A stretch of 61,660 bases of DNA, from the NCBI RefSeq assembly GCF_035656215.1, contig NZ_DASRSY010000318.1, forward strand, positions 1 through 61,660, given 5' to 3'. The notes under the pieces are model-generated. The model had not been told where the DNA came from. It did not search any database and saw only the letters and a program-made list of their open reading frames with translations. Source of the stretch: Paraburkholderia sp. (lineage in GTDB: Bacteria; Pseudomonadota; Gammaproteobacteria; Burkholderiales; Burkholderiaceae). The translations under genes were made by a program, and so were the position numbers. Positions 39,615-49,352 of this stretch are shown here, in pieces; within the stretch, counting starts at the first letter, position 1; every line of letters begins with the position of its first letter.

Positions 39615-40229
39615 TCAGGCGATAGGCGGTGCTTGTGCGGCTTCCCGTGATGCGGTTTCTACTTCGCCCTCTCGCCAGCGTTTGACGGTGCCCGCTTCGA
39701 GACCGAACAGATCGAGCACGCGGCCCAGCGTGTGATCGATCATCTGGTCGAGCGAAACCGGGCGCGCGTAAAACGCCGGAACAGGTGGAGCGACGATCGC
39801 GCCCATTTCGGTTACAGCGATCATGTTGCGCAGATGTGCCAGCGTGTAAGGGGTTTCACGCGCCAGCAGCACCAAAGGGCGGCGTTCTTTCAACGTGACG
39901 TCGGCGGCGCGCGAGATCAGGCTTGACGACATGCCGCTGGCAATTTCGGCAAGCGTCTTCATCGAACAGGGTGCGACGATCATGCCCAGCGAGCGGAACG
40001 AGCCGCTGGAAATGGCCGCGGCCATGTCGTCGCAACGGTAGGTGAAGCGGGCGAGGGCGCTGACTTCGGCGAACTTGTAGTCGGTTTCGTGCGTCATCGT
40101 CAGCAGAGCGCTGCGCGAGACGGTCAGATGCGTTTCGATATCGAGTTCACGCAGCAGTTGCAGCAGGCGCACACCGTACGTGAAGCCGGACGCGCCGCTA
40201 ATGCCGACTACGAGTCGCCGCGGGGTCAT
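39615..40229 (-). CDS. ubiX: UbiX-family flavin prenyltransferase
   Basis: [33 protein letters not shown] and RETP motifs. Start overlaps the ubiD stop (TGATG). Confidence 0.93.
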   Translation of the reverse strand: MTPRRLVVGISGASGFTYGVRLLQLLRELDIETHLTVSRSALLTMTHETDYKFAEVSALARFTYRCDDMAAAISSGSFRSLGMIVAPCSMKTLAEIASGMSSSLISRAADVTLKERRPLVLLARETPYTLAHLRNMIAVTEMGAIVAPPVPAFYARPVSLDQMIDHTLGRVLDLFGLEAGTVKRWREGEVETASREAAQAPPIA

Positions 40230-41623
40230 CACTGTGCTCCTGCGGCGGCGCGAGCCAGAATCTCAACCGCTTGCTGCGAGGCACGTTCGCTGATCCTCGC
40301 GCGGACGCCGTCGAAGTGGGAGCCGCGTGTCGCGTCGATACCCATGCGCGACGTGGTGCCCGCAGCGGATGACGAAGGATCGAGCGGACTGCCCGGCAAG
40401 CCGTCGACGATGAATATGTCCTGATGCGGCTGGAAATGCGTGGCGATGGCCCACAGCACCTGCGAATCGTTGGTGATGTCGATATCGCTATCCACCGCTA
40501 CGACGTTCTTCAGATACGGATCCCAGCCGAGCAACGCGAGCATGATCTGGCGTGCTTCGCCGTCGCGTGTCTGGTTCAGCGCGACGTAGCAGTGGAAGTG
40601 CGTGCCCGAGTTCGGATAGTGCAGCGCGGTGACGGAGGGAAAACGCGCCTTCAGCTTCTCGCTCATTTCCGCTTCGCGCGGCAAGCGGGCCAAAGTCAGA
40701 TGCTCCGCGTACGGGCCGCCGACGACATCGACGAGCCATGCATCGTTACGCCGCATCATCGTATCGACGCGCAGCACGTTGTTGGTAGAGCGGTCCGACG
40801 AATAGCCGGTGAATTCGCCGAACGGGCCTTCTTCCGCATGGGCGTCCGGATCGATCGTGCCTTCAAGGACAAACTCAGCGGAAGCGGGAACGCCGATGCC
40901 GTATCGCGGCGTGCGCACCAATTCGAGCGGTGCTCCGAATAATCCACCTGCAATCGTGCGCTCATCTGTGCCGAAGGGCACGCGCGCCGCAGCGGCCAGC
41001 ATGAACAACGGATGCGCACCGATCACCATCGCGACCTTCAACGTGTCGCCGCGAGCTTGAGCGGTTTGCAGCATGCGCCAGAGGTGGCCGCGCGAATGCA
41101 GACTGGTTGCCAGCGCATTGCGGGCATGCCGCATCGAACGGTGATAGCTGAGATTCGCGACGCCCGTCACCGGGTCTTCAGCAATGATCACCGCGTTCGT
41201 GATGTACGGCCCACGGTCGGTATCGAAGTGGCGGATCATCGGCAGTTGCGCGAGATCGACGGCGTCGCCTTCGATAACCTGGTCGAGAATCGGGCCGGTC
41301 GGAACGAAAACAGGCGCGATAGGCGCATTCGCACGTTGTTGATAAGCGTCGAATAAACCTGACGCATCCACGTCGAACAAACGCCCAATGCGTGTACGTG
41401 AAGCAAAGAAATTGGTAACCAGCGGCGTCGCAATGCCGTCGACCTTTTCGCAGATCAACATTTCATGCCGTCCGCGCGCGGCCAATTCGGCCACTATAGC
41501 GGTGACGTCCTGATCCGCCGCCAATGGTTGCTTGATCATCAATACATCGTCGGGGAACTGCTCGCGATACGCTTGTGCGAAGCGGTGAAAATCCTGCGTG
41601 GCGCGGAAAAGGTTATCCGCCAT
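40229..41623 (-). CDS. UbiD-family prFMN-dependent decarboxylase
   Basis: DLAQLP, D.GPYIT, SYHR, AEFVLEG, EGPFGEFTGY, VDSDID and SPLDPS motifs; GGAG RBS before 41623. Confidence 0.92.
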   Translation of the reverse strand: MADNLFRATQDFHRFAQAYREQFPDDVLMIKQPLAADQDVTAIVAELAARGRHEMLICEKVDGIATPLVTNFFASRTRIGRLFDVDASGLFDAYQQRANAPIAPVFVPTGPILDQVIEGDAVDLAQLPMIRHFDTDRGPYITNAVIIAEDPVTGVANLSYHRSMRHARNALATSLHSRGHLWRMLQTAQARGDTLKVAMVIGAHPLFMLAAAARVPFGTDERTIAGGLFGAPLELVRTPRYGIGVPASAEFVLEGTIDPDAHAEEGPFGEFTGYSSDRSTNNVLRVDTMMRRNDAWLVDVVGGPYAEHLTLARLPREAEMSEKLKARFPSVTALHYPNSGTHFHCYVALNQTRDGEARQIMLALLGWDPYLKNVVAVDSDIDITNDSQVLWAIATHFQPHQDIFIVDGLPGSPLDPSSSAAGTTSRMGIDATRGSHFDGVRARISERASQQAVEILARAAAGAQ

Positions 41624-41726
41624 AGTGAACTCCGTCGAAAGCGATAACGAAAGCGGACCGGTAAGAGGGGCAGGCGCGGTGCGAACCGTTAGCCGAGCCT
41701 GCCCCATGCAGCGAGCGCTAAACGCG

Positions 41727-42653
41727 TTAAGCAGGCTGCGTTACGTCATTCACGTAAGTTGCCTTCAAACGCTTCTCCGCTTCGGCCAGATCTTTTGGCG
41801 GCTTGGTCGGTTCGATGCCGACCAGACGGGCGATGTTGTTGCCCATATAGTCTTCGAGACCGTCTTCGTCCAGATCCATGCCTTGTGGTGCCGGACCGCA
41901 CAACATTTCAAGTTCGCGCAGCCACATACCCGGCTCATTGGGTGGCGAATCCGTGCCGAACACGATCTTGTTGCGCGGCAGTTCGCGAGCGAATTCGACG
42001 ATGCGCGACTGATAGCACCAGCCCGATTCGCAGTACACGTTCGGCGTATCCATCGCCATCCAGAACGATTCGAACGAGTAGTTACCGCCCGTTTGAATCC
42101 CGAAGTGACCGATGATGAAATTCACCATCGGGAATTCGCGGATGATCGGATAGAACTGCGTCGGAATCGTGTATGGCCCGTCGCCGGTGTGAATCAGCAC
42201 CACCACGCCGAGTTCGGCACACTTCTTCATCGCCGGACGCAACCAGTCAAGTGCGCGATCCGGACGATAGCCGTGCATGTTCGCGTGCAGCTTGAGCATC
42301 TTGAAGCCGTACTCTTTCACGTGGAATTCGAGTTCGGCTGCGCCGTTCTCCGGACCCCAGCGCGGGTTGTACGTGAAGTTGCCGATAAAGCGATCCGGAT
42401 ACTTCTGCGTGAGTTCGGCGATATACGCCATGTAATCGCGAATGCCTTCACGGCCGCGGCGATTGCCGTCGCGATAGCCGGTGTTGCCCGGTGGCGGCTG
42501 AATGAAGCCCATGTCGATACGGCGCGGCTTGCCGTTGATGATGTACGGACCGTCCATCATCTTCAGCAGGCGTTCGCCGGTGAACGGCTCGCCGGTGTGG
42601 CGCCACGCTTCGTCGACAAGATTGGTCGGGTGCAGATGGGTATCGATGATCAT
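41727..42653 (-). CDS. Amidohydrolase_2 family metallohydrolase (metal ligands intact)
   Basis: MIIDTHLH, KLHANMH, IHTGD, GHFG and FGTDSP motifs. Start overlaps the upstream stop (TGATG). Confidence 0.88.
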   Translation of the reverse strand: MIIDTHLHPTNLVDEAWRHTGEPFTGERLLKMMDGPYIINGKPRRIDMGFIQPPPGNTGYRDGNRRGREGIRDYMAYIAELTQKYPDRFIGNFTYNPRWGPENGAAELEFHVKEYGFKMLKLHANMHGYRPDRALDWLRPAMKKCAELGVVVLIHTGDGPYTIPTQFYPIIREFPMVNFIIGHFGIQTGGNYSFESFWMAMDTPNVYCESGWCYQSRIVEFARELPRNKIVFGTDSPPNEPGMWLRELEMLCGPAPQGMDLDEDGLEDYMGNNIARLVGIEPTKPPKDLAEAEKRLKATYVNDVTQPA

Positions 42654-43618
42654 CAGCGGGCTCCTGCGTAGGCTGCTTGAGTTGCATTCGCGGCATGCTT
42701 CTGCGACACGCCGGCGTGGTGTTTCAGATAGGCTTGTGCTTCTTCGACGCTTTTCGGCCGCGCGGTCGGCTCGATGCCGATCATGCGGGCGAGGTTGTTG
42801 CCGAGATAGTCCTCGAGTGTGTCTTCGTCGAGATTCAGGCCTTGCGGCGGCTCGTGGCACAACACTTCGAGCAAACGCAGCCACATGCCGGGCTCGTTCG
42901 GCGGCGTGTCGGAGCCGTAGAGAATCTTGTGCGTCGGCAGCACCTTCGCGAATTCGACGATTCGCGATTGCAGGCACCAACTCGATTCGCAATACACGTT
43001 CGGCGTATCGAGCGCCATCTGATACGGCTCGAAGCAATACACGCCACCCGTCTGCACACCGAAGTGCGCCATGATGAAATTCACCGAAGGGAATTCGCGG
43101 ATCAGCGGATACCACTCGGTCGGAATGCTGTACGGGCCGTCGCCGGTGTGCAGCTTCACGAGCAGGCCGAGGTCCGCGCATTTACGCAATGCGGGACGCA
43201 GCCAGTCGAGCGCGCGGTCGGGCCGATACGCATGCATGTTGGCCTGCAACTGCACCATCTTGAAGCCGTGTTCCTTCGCATAGAACTCGATGGCTTCTGC
43301 GCCGTTCTCAGGACCGCAACGCGGGTTGTAGACGAAGCAGCCGATCAGACGGTCCGGATACTTCTGCGTCATTTCGACGGTGTAGGCCATGTAGTCGTCG
43401 ATCGACTCGCGGCCCGAACGGTTGCCGTCGGTCCACGTATAGATGGTGTTGCCTTGCGGCGGTTGAATGAATGCCTTGTCGATACGGCGCGGCTTGCCGT
43501 TGATGATGTACGGGCCGTCCATCGTCTTGATCAGACGCTCGCCGGTGAATGGCTCGCCGTCGTGGCGCCAGGCGAGGTCGACCAGATTGGTCGGGTAACA
43601 GCTAGTGTCGATGATCAT
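42653..43618 (-). CDS. Amidohydrolase_2 family paralog with degenerate metal site
   Basis: Colinear with the downstream paralog, but HLH->SCY and KLH->QLQ. AAGGAG RBS before 43618. Confidence 0.85.
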   Translation of the reverse strand: MIIDTSCYPTNLVDLAWRHDGEPFTGERLIKTMDGPYIINGKPRRIDKAFIQPPQGNTIYTWTDGNRSGRESIDDYMAYTVEMTQKYPDRLIGCFVYNPRCGPENGAEAIEFYAKEHGFKMVQLQANMHAYRPDRALDWLRPALRKCADLGLLVKLHTGDGPYSIPTEWYPLIREFPSVNFIMAHFGVQTGGVYCFEPYQMALDTPNVYCESSWCLQSRIVEFAKVLPTHKILYGSDTPPNEPGMWLRLLEVLCHEPPQGLNLDEDTLEDYLGNNLARMIGIEPTARPKSVEEAQAYLKHHAGVSQKHAANATQAAYAGAR

Positions 43619-43860
43619 GTACTCGATCTCCTTGAGAGGAACTGGTGTATCCAGTTGCCGGATCGCGGGCAGGCGCATCGATGGAACGGAGCCCAGTTAG
43701 GCTTGCCCATGCGGCCCTTTGCAAGACGCAGTGTTTGTGCGCCTTCCCCTCGCCGGCATCGAGTGTCACACTGATGTGCACTGCTGCTTGCGATGCAGTC
43801 TCACGCGTTAAAAACGCTCTGTACAATATTTTTTAACCACGATCTTGATACGTTTGCGAT

Positions 43861-44772
43861 ATGGACATCCGGCTGTTGCGTTACTTCGCGGTACTTGCCG
43901 ACGAACTGCATTTCGGCCGGGCAGCCGCACGGCTGCACATTTCGCAGCCACCGTTGAGCCAGCAGATTCGCATCCTCGAAGAGGAGATGGGCACCGCGTT
44001 GTTCACGCGCTCGCAACACCGTGTCGAACTCACGGATGCAGGGAAAACACTTAAGGAGCAGGTGCCGCTGATCTTCGCGCAGTTTGAACGCGCGATCGAT
44101 TTGACGCGTTGTGCGGGGCGCGGCGAAGTAGGAAGTCTCGAGATCGGCATCATCAGCTCTGCGATGGTCGATCCGATTCCGCGTGCACTACGGGTATTTG
44201 CGGAGAAGCATCCGCAAGTGCAGTGGACGCTGCATGAGATGACCCCCGCTGCGCAGATTCTCGCGCTCAAGGAACGGCGTCTGGATGTATGTTTCTTCCG
44301 GGTGTCGCATGAGGACCCGGAGATTCGCAGCGAAGTTGTGATGCGCGAATCGGCGGTGGTGGCGCTGCCGTTAGGGCATCGGCTTGCGACGCGTGAGGAG
44401 ATTGCGTTGCGCGAGTTGGGAACGGAGCGCTTCGTGTCGTTCGGTTTGCAGCATTCGCAACTCGCGCGCTTCTTACAGGACTGTTGCGTCGAAGCAGGGT
44501 TTACACCGCAGATCGATCAGGAGGTGGTCGAGGTGCATACGCTGCTGTGCCTCGTGCGCGAAGGGCTGGGCGTGGCGTTGCTGCCTTCGTCGGCGCGGCA
44601 GTTGACAACCGGTGGCGTGGCGTTCGTGCCGCTGGCTGCGCCGCGTCCCGAGGTGTCGCTGCACGCGCGCTATCGTGCTGAGGAACCGTCGCCGGTGCTT
44701 TCGCTGTTTCTCGATACCGTGCGCGAGGTGGCCGCTAGCGTGGGCGCTGACACGAAAGGCGGTGAGCCGTAA
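43861..44772 (+). CDS. LysR family regulator (divergent from the catabolic operon)
   Basis: LRYFAVLADELHFGRAAARLHISQPPLSQQI HTH. Confidence 0.93.
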   Translation: MDIRLLRYFAVLADELHFGRAAARLHISQPPLSQQIRILEEEMGTALFTRSQHRVELTDAGKTLKEQVPLIFAQFERAIDLTRCAGRGEVGSLEIGIISSAMVDPIPRALRVFAEKHPQVQWTLHEMTPAAQILALKERRLDVCFFRVSHEDPEIRSEVVMRESAVVALPLGHRLATREEIALRELGTERFVSFGLQHSQLARFLQDCCVEAGFTPQIDQEVVEVHTLLCLVREGLGVALLPSSARQLTTGGVAFVPLAAPRPEVSLHARYRAEEPSPVLSLFLDTVREVAASVGADTKGGEP

Positions 44773-44850
44773 CGCGAGCGCTTCTGACCGTTCGCGTGAT
44801 GCGCGAGAGTGCGCATGGGCGCAAAGGACGCCGTGGGCGGGCGGTGAGCG

Positions 44851-45747
44851 CTAACGCGCGCCGACCGTCTGCGCGACCAGTTCTCGAATCACGTCGATCA
44901 GCGGCGCCACGCGCGCCGCTTTGTCGCGAGGCCACACTGCATACAGGTTGTAATGCGTCGGAATTTCCACTTGCGTGAGTTCGACCAGGCGCCCTTCGCG
45001 CCGCGCGTCCGCAGCGAGCAGGCCGCGCGCTAAACCCACGCCTATGCCTGCGCTTGCTGCTGCAATCAACCCGGCGGCATTGTCGAACACAGCGACCGCG
45101 TCTGGTTCGACGGCGGGCATGCCAGCCGCAGTGAGCCACGGAATCCACGAGCGTTTCGTATAGCCGAGCAGCGGTAAATCAAGCACCTGTTCTGGCGTAA
45201 GCGGCACGCTCAGCCCTCGCGCCTCAAGAAGCGTGGGCGAACCCACGGCAGTCAATCGATCGCCGCATATCAGCGCGTTCTCGAAGCCGTCCCATTCTCC
45301 ATACCCATACCGCAATGCAATATCCACGCGTTCGAACGCGCTACGATCATGGCGCGGCGTGGACAGCACGGTCAACGACGTGCCGGTCAACGCACCGAGC
45401 AAAGCCGGCAAGCGCGCCACCAGCCAGCTCTGCGCGAGTTCGGGATCGACGTCGAGCGTGATCGACTGCTTGACCGTGCGCTCTTTCACGGACGACAACG
45501 CACGATCGATCTGCTCGAAGCCATCGGCCAACTGATTCGCAAACAGCACGCCGGCGTCCGTCAGTACCACGCCGCCGCCTTCGCGGACAAATAAAGGCTG
45601 GCCGACGAACTCTTCGAGCGTGCGGATCTGCTGGCTGATCGCGCTATGCGTGAGCGACAACTGGCGCGCCGCGCTCGAAAAGCTGCCGACGCGTGCCGCT
45701 TGCAGGAAAGCCTGCATCGACTGAATGGAAGGGTAGCGTTTCAACAT
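44851..45747 (-). CDS. LysR family regulator (GcvA-like), divergent from the molybdoenzyme genes
   Basis: SFSSAARQLSLTHSAISQQIRTLE HTH, WLVARL and DIALRYG motifs. GTTAG-N5-CTTAC box at 45752-66. Confidence 0.9.
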   Translation of the reverse strand: MLKRYPSIQSMQAFLQAARVGSFSSAARQLSLTHSAISQQIRTLEEFVGQPLFVREGGGVVLTDAGVLFANQLADGFEQIDRALSSVKERTVKQSITLDVDPELAQSWLVARLPALLGALTGTSLTVLSTPRHDRSAFERVDIALRYGYGEWDGFENALICGDRLTAVGSPTLLEARGLSVPLTPEQVLDLPLLGYTKRSWIPWLTAAGMPAVEPDAVAVFDNAAGLIAAASAGIGVGLARGLLAADARREGRLVELTQVEIPTHYNLYAVWPRDKAARVAPLIDVIRELVAQTVGAR

Positions 45748-45888
45748 GGGTGTTAGCCGGACTTACGGATGTTGGAAGAAATCGTCGCTGGCGTTGTGCT
45801 TAACGGCTTTCAATAATGACCGCAAGCACGCGGCCTTTGTAGCCTGCACCACACACCGCGCTGCACAACAACATTCAGGAGACAGCGC

Positions 45889-46416
45889 ATGATCGAGATC
45901 GTGGTCAATGACACGCGGCACTCGCTCGACAATGTACCGGAAGACATGCCCCTGTTGTGGGTGTTGCGCGACCGGCTCAAATTGACCGGTACGAAATTCG
46001 GCTGCGGCGGCGGGTTCTGCGGCGCGTGTACGGTGCATCTGGAAGGCGAGGCCGTGCGCTCCTGTTTGCTGCCAATTGCAGCGGTAGCGGGTAAACACAT
46101 CACGACGATCGAAGGATTGTCGAAAGACGGCACGCATCCGCTGCAACTCGCGTGGGTCGCGGAAGACGTGCCGCAATGCGGCTACTGTCAATCGGGGCAG
46201 TTGATGCAGGCGGCCTCGTTTCTGAAGGACAAGCCGACCGTCAACGATGAAACAATTGCCACCGCCATGTCCGGCAATATCTGCCGCTGCGGCACCTATT
46301 CACGCATTCGCAAGGCGATCAAACGCGCGGCGTCCGGCGATCCGGCGCTCGCGTCGGTCACGTGGGTCGAGCCCATGTGCGCTTCCCTTTGCACCTCCAC
46401 AAAAGAGGAGGCTTGA
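45889..46416 (+). CDS. (2Fe-2S) small subunit of molybdo-hydroxylase (IorA/CoxS-like)
   Basis: [25 protein letters not shown] and GNICRCGTY motifs. Confidence 0.93.
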   Translation: MIEIVVNDTRHSLDNVPEDMPLLWVLRDRLKLTGTKFGCGGGFCGACTVHLEGEAVRSCLLPIAAVAGKHITTIEGLSKDGTHPLQLAWVAEDVPQCGYCQSGQLMQAASFLKDKPTVNDETIATAMSGNICRCGTYSRIRKAIKRAASGDPALASVTWVEPMCASLCTSTKEEA

Positions 46417-48702
46417 ATGAGCAACGACAAACTAGCGCTGGGCAACGCACACGGTGCGGCGCGTCGACGTTTCATCAAACAGAGTTCGGCGTTGCTGGCT
46501 TCGGGCCTCGCGATCGGCTTTCAACTTCCTGAGGCGTTAGCGAAAGACGCCAACGTAAGCGGCGATCCGAAACCGCAAGCAGGCGAGTTCGAACCGAACG
46601 CATGGGTGCGCGTGCTGCCTGACGACACGATCAAACTCGTGGTGCATAAGCACGACTCCGGTACGGGCACGCGTACCGCATTGGCTGCGGTTGTTGCTGA
46701 AGAGCTCGATGTCGATCCGTTTCGCGTGGATGTGATTACACCGGAGAATCCGTTTTACGGGGATTACATTCATCCGCTGTGGAAAGTGTTTTCGACAGGC
46801 GGCAGTACCAGCGTCTCGCTTGAGTACGATCGCTTGCGGCGTGCGGGCGCAACCGCACGTGCCATGTTGATTGAAGCCGCCGCGAAACAATGGAACGTGG
46901 CGCCGTCCGCGTGTTCGACGGAAAACGGCTTTGTGATCGACAAGGCGAGCGGCAAGCGCGCGAACTACGGATCGTTGGCGAGCGTTGCGGCGCAATTGCC
47001 CGCACCGAGAGACGTCGCGTTGAAAGACCCTTCGCAGTTCAAATACATCGGCAAGCTGCAGAAGAAGCGCGGTGCGGATCTGAAAGCGAGAGGTGCGTTT
47101 CCGTACAGCATCGATGTCTCGTTGCCGGGGATGCTGGTCGCGGTCGTCACACGTGCGCCGGTTATCGATGCACGCGTGCGCAGCGTCGATGCCAAAGCCG
47201 CATTGGCGGTGCCGGGCGTGCGACAGGTACTGCAGATTCCTGGCCGTCCTGACATTCTCGGTGGCAATCAGGCGGGCGTGGCTGTGCTGGCGGACGATTA
47301 TTGGTCGGCGCACAAGGGCCAGGCCGCACTGCAGGTCGAATGGGAAGATAGTCCGTTCGAAACGTTCGACAGCACCACGCTCGCCGCGCGTCAGGCTGCG
47401 TGGCTCGATGATCCCGCTTCGCATGTCGTGCCGACGATTCAGCATGGCGACGCCAAAACAGCTTGGCCGCACGGCGCACGTGTGATCGAGGCGTCGTATT
47501 CGATGCCCTATAAGGCCCAGAATGCGCTCGAGCCGATCAATGTCACCGCGTGGGCGAAGGATGGTGGTATCGAGTACTGGGGTGGACTGCAGGTGCCTTC
47601 CACGGTGCAGGAAGCGGCCGAAGTGATTGGCGGTATTCCGGCTGAGCGTGTGGTGTTGCACGAACTTGTTTCGGGCGGCAGCTTTGGCTCGCGGGAATCG
47701 AAGTACTGGCTATTTGAGGTGACCTGGCTCGCGTTGAAAGTTGACAAACCGGTCAAGCTGATGAACAGTCGCGAAGACGAAATGCGCGCGCTGTTCTATC
47801 ACTCAGCGAGCTATCACCGTGGCAAAGCTGCGCTCGATGCGCACGGCAATCTCACCACGTTGCAATTGCGCGCTGTGATGCCTGCCTCACCGGAACAATG
47901 GGAGCCGGGGTATTTCAATCGTCCGGACCGGATGGACTACAGCACGACCGAAGCGATCAGCAAATATGAGTTCGCTTACGATGCGCCGCATGTCGATCTT
48001 GGTTGGGTGCGGCATGAGACGGGTGTGCCGACGGGTTGGTATCGGGCGGTGAGTTATATCCCGAACGTGTTCGCGGTGGAGTCGTTTATGGATGAGGCTG
48101 CGCATGCTGGGCAACGTGATCCGGTTGAGTTTCGGCTTGCGCATATGAAGGACCCGCGACATAAGGCGGTGTTGCGCGAGGCGGCGGCGCGGGCTGGGTG
48201 GAGGAAGGCGTTGCCTGCTGGTACGGCATTGGGTGTTGCGACGAATCAGGCGTATAGCAGCTATGTTGCGGTGGTGGCGCGGGTTGTGCGCAAGGGCGAT
48301 GCGGTTGTGGTTGAGAAGCTGACGTGTGTGGCGGATTGCGGGTTGGCTGTTTCGCCGGGTGGGGTTGAAGAACAACTGTATGGCGGGCTGATATGGGGGT
48401 TAGGGCATGCGACGGCGGATCGCATCGATATTCGGCATGGGCAGGTTGAGCAGAAGAACTTCGATACGTATCGCGTGATGCGGATGAGTGATATGCCGGA
48501 GGTTGATATTTTGATCGTGCAGGGGGATCCGGCGAAACCGGGTGGGGTGGGGGAGTTGTCGAGTCCCTCGGTGGCGCCGGCGGTGGCTAATGCGGTGTTT
48601 CGGTTGACGGGGAGGAGGGTGAGGGATACGCCGTTTGAGCTTGAGAAGCTGGCGGCGCAAGCGGGTGGTCATGGGAAGGTTGGTGGGAAAGCGAAGGCTT
48701 GA
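46417..48702 (+). CDS. Molybdopterin-binding large subunit (isoquinoline 1-oxidoreductase beta / xanthine dehydrogenase family)
   Basis: RRRFIK N-terminus; AEEL, TGGSTS, GGSFGSR, TGWYRAV and PGGVGE...VAPAVANA motifs. Confidence 0.9.
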   Translation: MSNDKLALGNAHGAARRRFIKQSSALLASGLAIGFQLPEALAKDANVSGDPKPQAGEFEPNAWVRVLPDDTIKLVVHKHDSGTGTRTALAAVVAEELDVDPFRVDVITPENPFYGDYIHPLWKVFSTGGSTSVSLEYDRLRRAGATARAMLIEAAAKQWNVAPSACSTENGFVIDKASGKRANYGSLASVAAQLPAPRDVALKDPSQFKYIGKLQKKRGADLKARGAFPYSIDVSLPGMLVAVVTRAPVIDARVRSVDAKAALAVPGVRQVLQIPGRPDILGGNQAGVAVLADDYWSAHKGQAALQVEWEDSPFETFDSTTLAARQAAWLDDPASHVVPTIQHGDAKTAWPHGARVIEASYSMPYKAQNALEPINVTAWAKDGGIEYWGGLQVPSTVQEAAEVIGGIPAERVVLHELVSGGSFGSRESKYWLFEVTWLALKVDKPVKLMNSREDEMRALFYHSASYHRGKAALDAHGNLTTLQLRAVMPASPEQWEPGYFNRPDRMDYSTTEAISKYEFAYDAPHVDLGWVRHETGVPTGWYRAVSYIPNVFAVESFMDEAAHAGQRDPVEFRLAHMKDPRHKAVLREAAARAGWRKALPAGTALGVATNQAYSSYVAVVARVVRKGDAVVVEKLTCVADCGLAVSPGGVEEQLYGGLIWGLGHATADRIDIRHGQVEQKNFDTYRVMRMSDMPEVDILIVQGDPAKPGGVGELSSPSVAPAVANAVFRLTGRRVRDTPFELEKLAAQAGGHGKVGGKAKA

Positions 48703-49102
48703 ACGGGCGGCGGCCGCTTGATGCCTGGCGTTAGCCGCTTGGCCATCCCTCCCATATTTATCACTTTATGCCCGTCGGACAACCCGATGTTGACGCCCAT
48801 GCGTAGGGCATCAACTGCGGTGAGCCAGATAATTCGCCTTAGGTGATTGCACTCGACGCGAAGGGTGTTGCGCACAGCCGCATCACAGCACGCCAGGCGG
48901 CAAGCCTGCTTGCAGAGGCATCGCAGAGAGCGAAAGAGCCCGTGGCGACCGCAAACGCCTCAGAGCGCGAAAGCTCGCCAGAGAAAAACGCGGCAGCATT
49001 AAGAACCGACGCATTGCAGCAGCGCGTTGTCACGTCACACTAAGCGTTCAAGAAGGCGAGGCGGGTGGTGGCGATGTGCATCCGAATCGTTCTGAGACTC
49101 GT

Positions 49103-49133
49103 GCACTGAGACGGTCGTCGTCCGTCTCAGTGC
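49103..49133. repeat. Perfect 12-bp stem hairpin
   Basis: GCACTGAGACGG-N7-CCGTCTCAGTGC. Confidence 0.8.
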
Positions 49134-49259
49134 CGGCCATAGTGGACGTTCGCCGTTGATGCGGCAGTCTCACGTAGTTTTTCTAACGTTCGGGGCGCCA
49201 CGATTTTTTCTTCCGGGACACCGATTTACCCAATCCTCGAAAAAAAAGTAGTTCAGGAA

Positions 49260-49286
49260 TGTCGATTTAGCCCTATCTTGAACGTC
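49260..49286 (+). promoter_or_regulatory. ECF42-type promoter TGTCGA-N17-CGTC
   Basis: TGTCGA at 49260-65 and CGTC at 49283-86, upstream of the GST gene. Confidence 0.7.
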
Positions 49287-49352
49287 TAGTAGGTGAGCGC
49301 TGGGGTTGCGTATCCAGCACCCAACCAGACGTCCAGCCAAGGAGAAATCACC

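Noticed and set aside
41727-43181. 484-aa ORF as a single long amidohydrolase
   Set aside because: The N-terminal part is an off-frame read of the upstream paralog. The real start is 42653, with TGATG coupling.
34699-48702. Nicotinate (maleamate) pathway, suggested by the maleate-isomerase-like gene plus Mo hydroxylase
   Set aside because: No flavin monooxygenase, ring-cleavage dioxygenase or deformylase is present, and the isomerase-like protein lacks the first catalytic Cys.
48706-48740. Second attC-like right end (CGCTTGATGCCTGGC-GTTAGCC)
   Set aside because: It deviates from GTTRRRY and has no complementary left arm; too weak to call without a covariance model.
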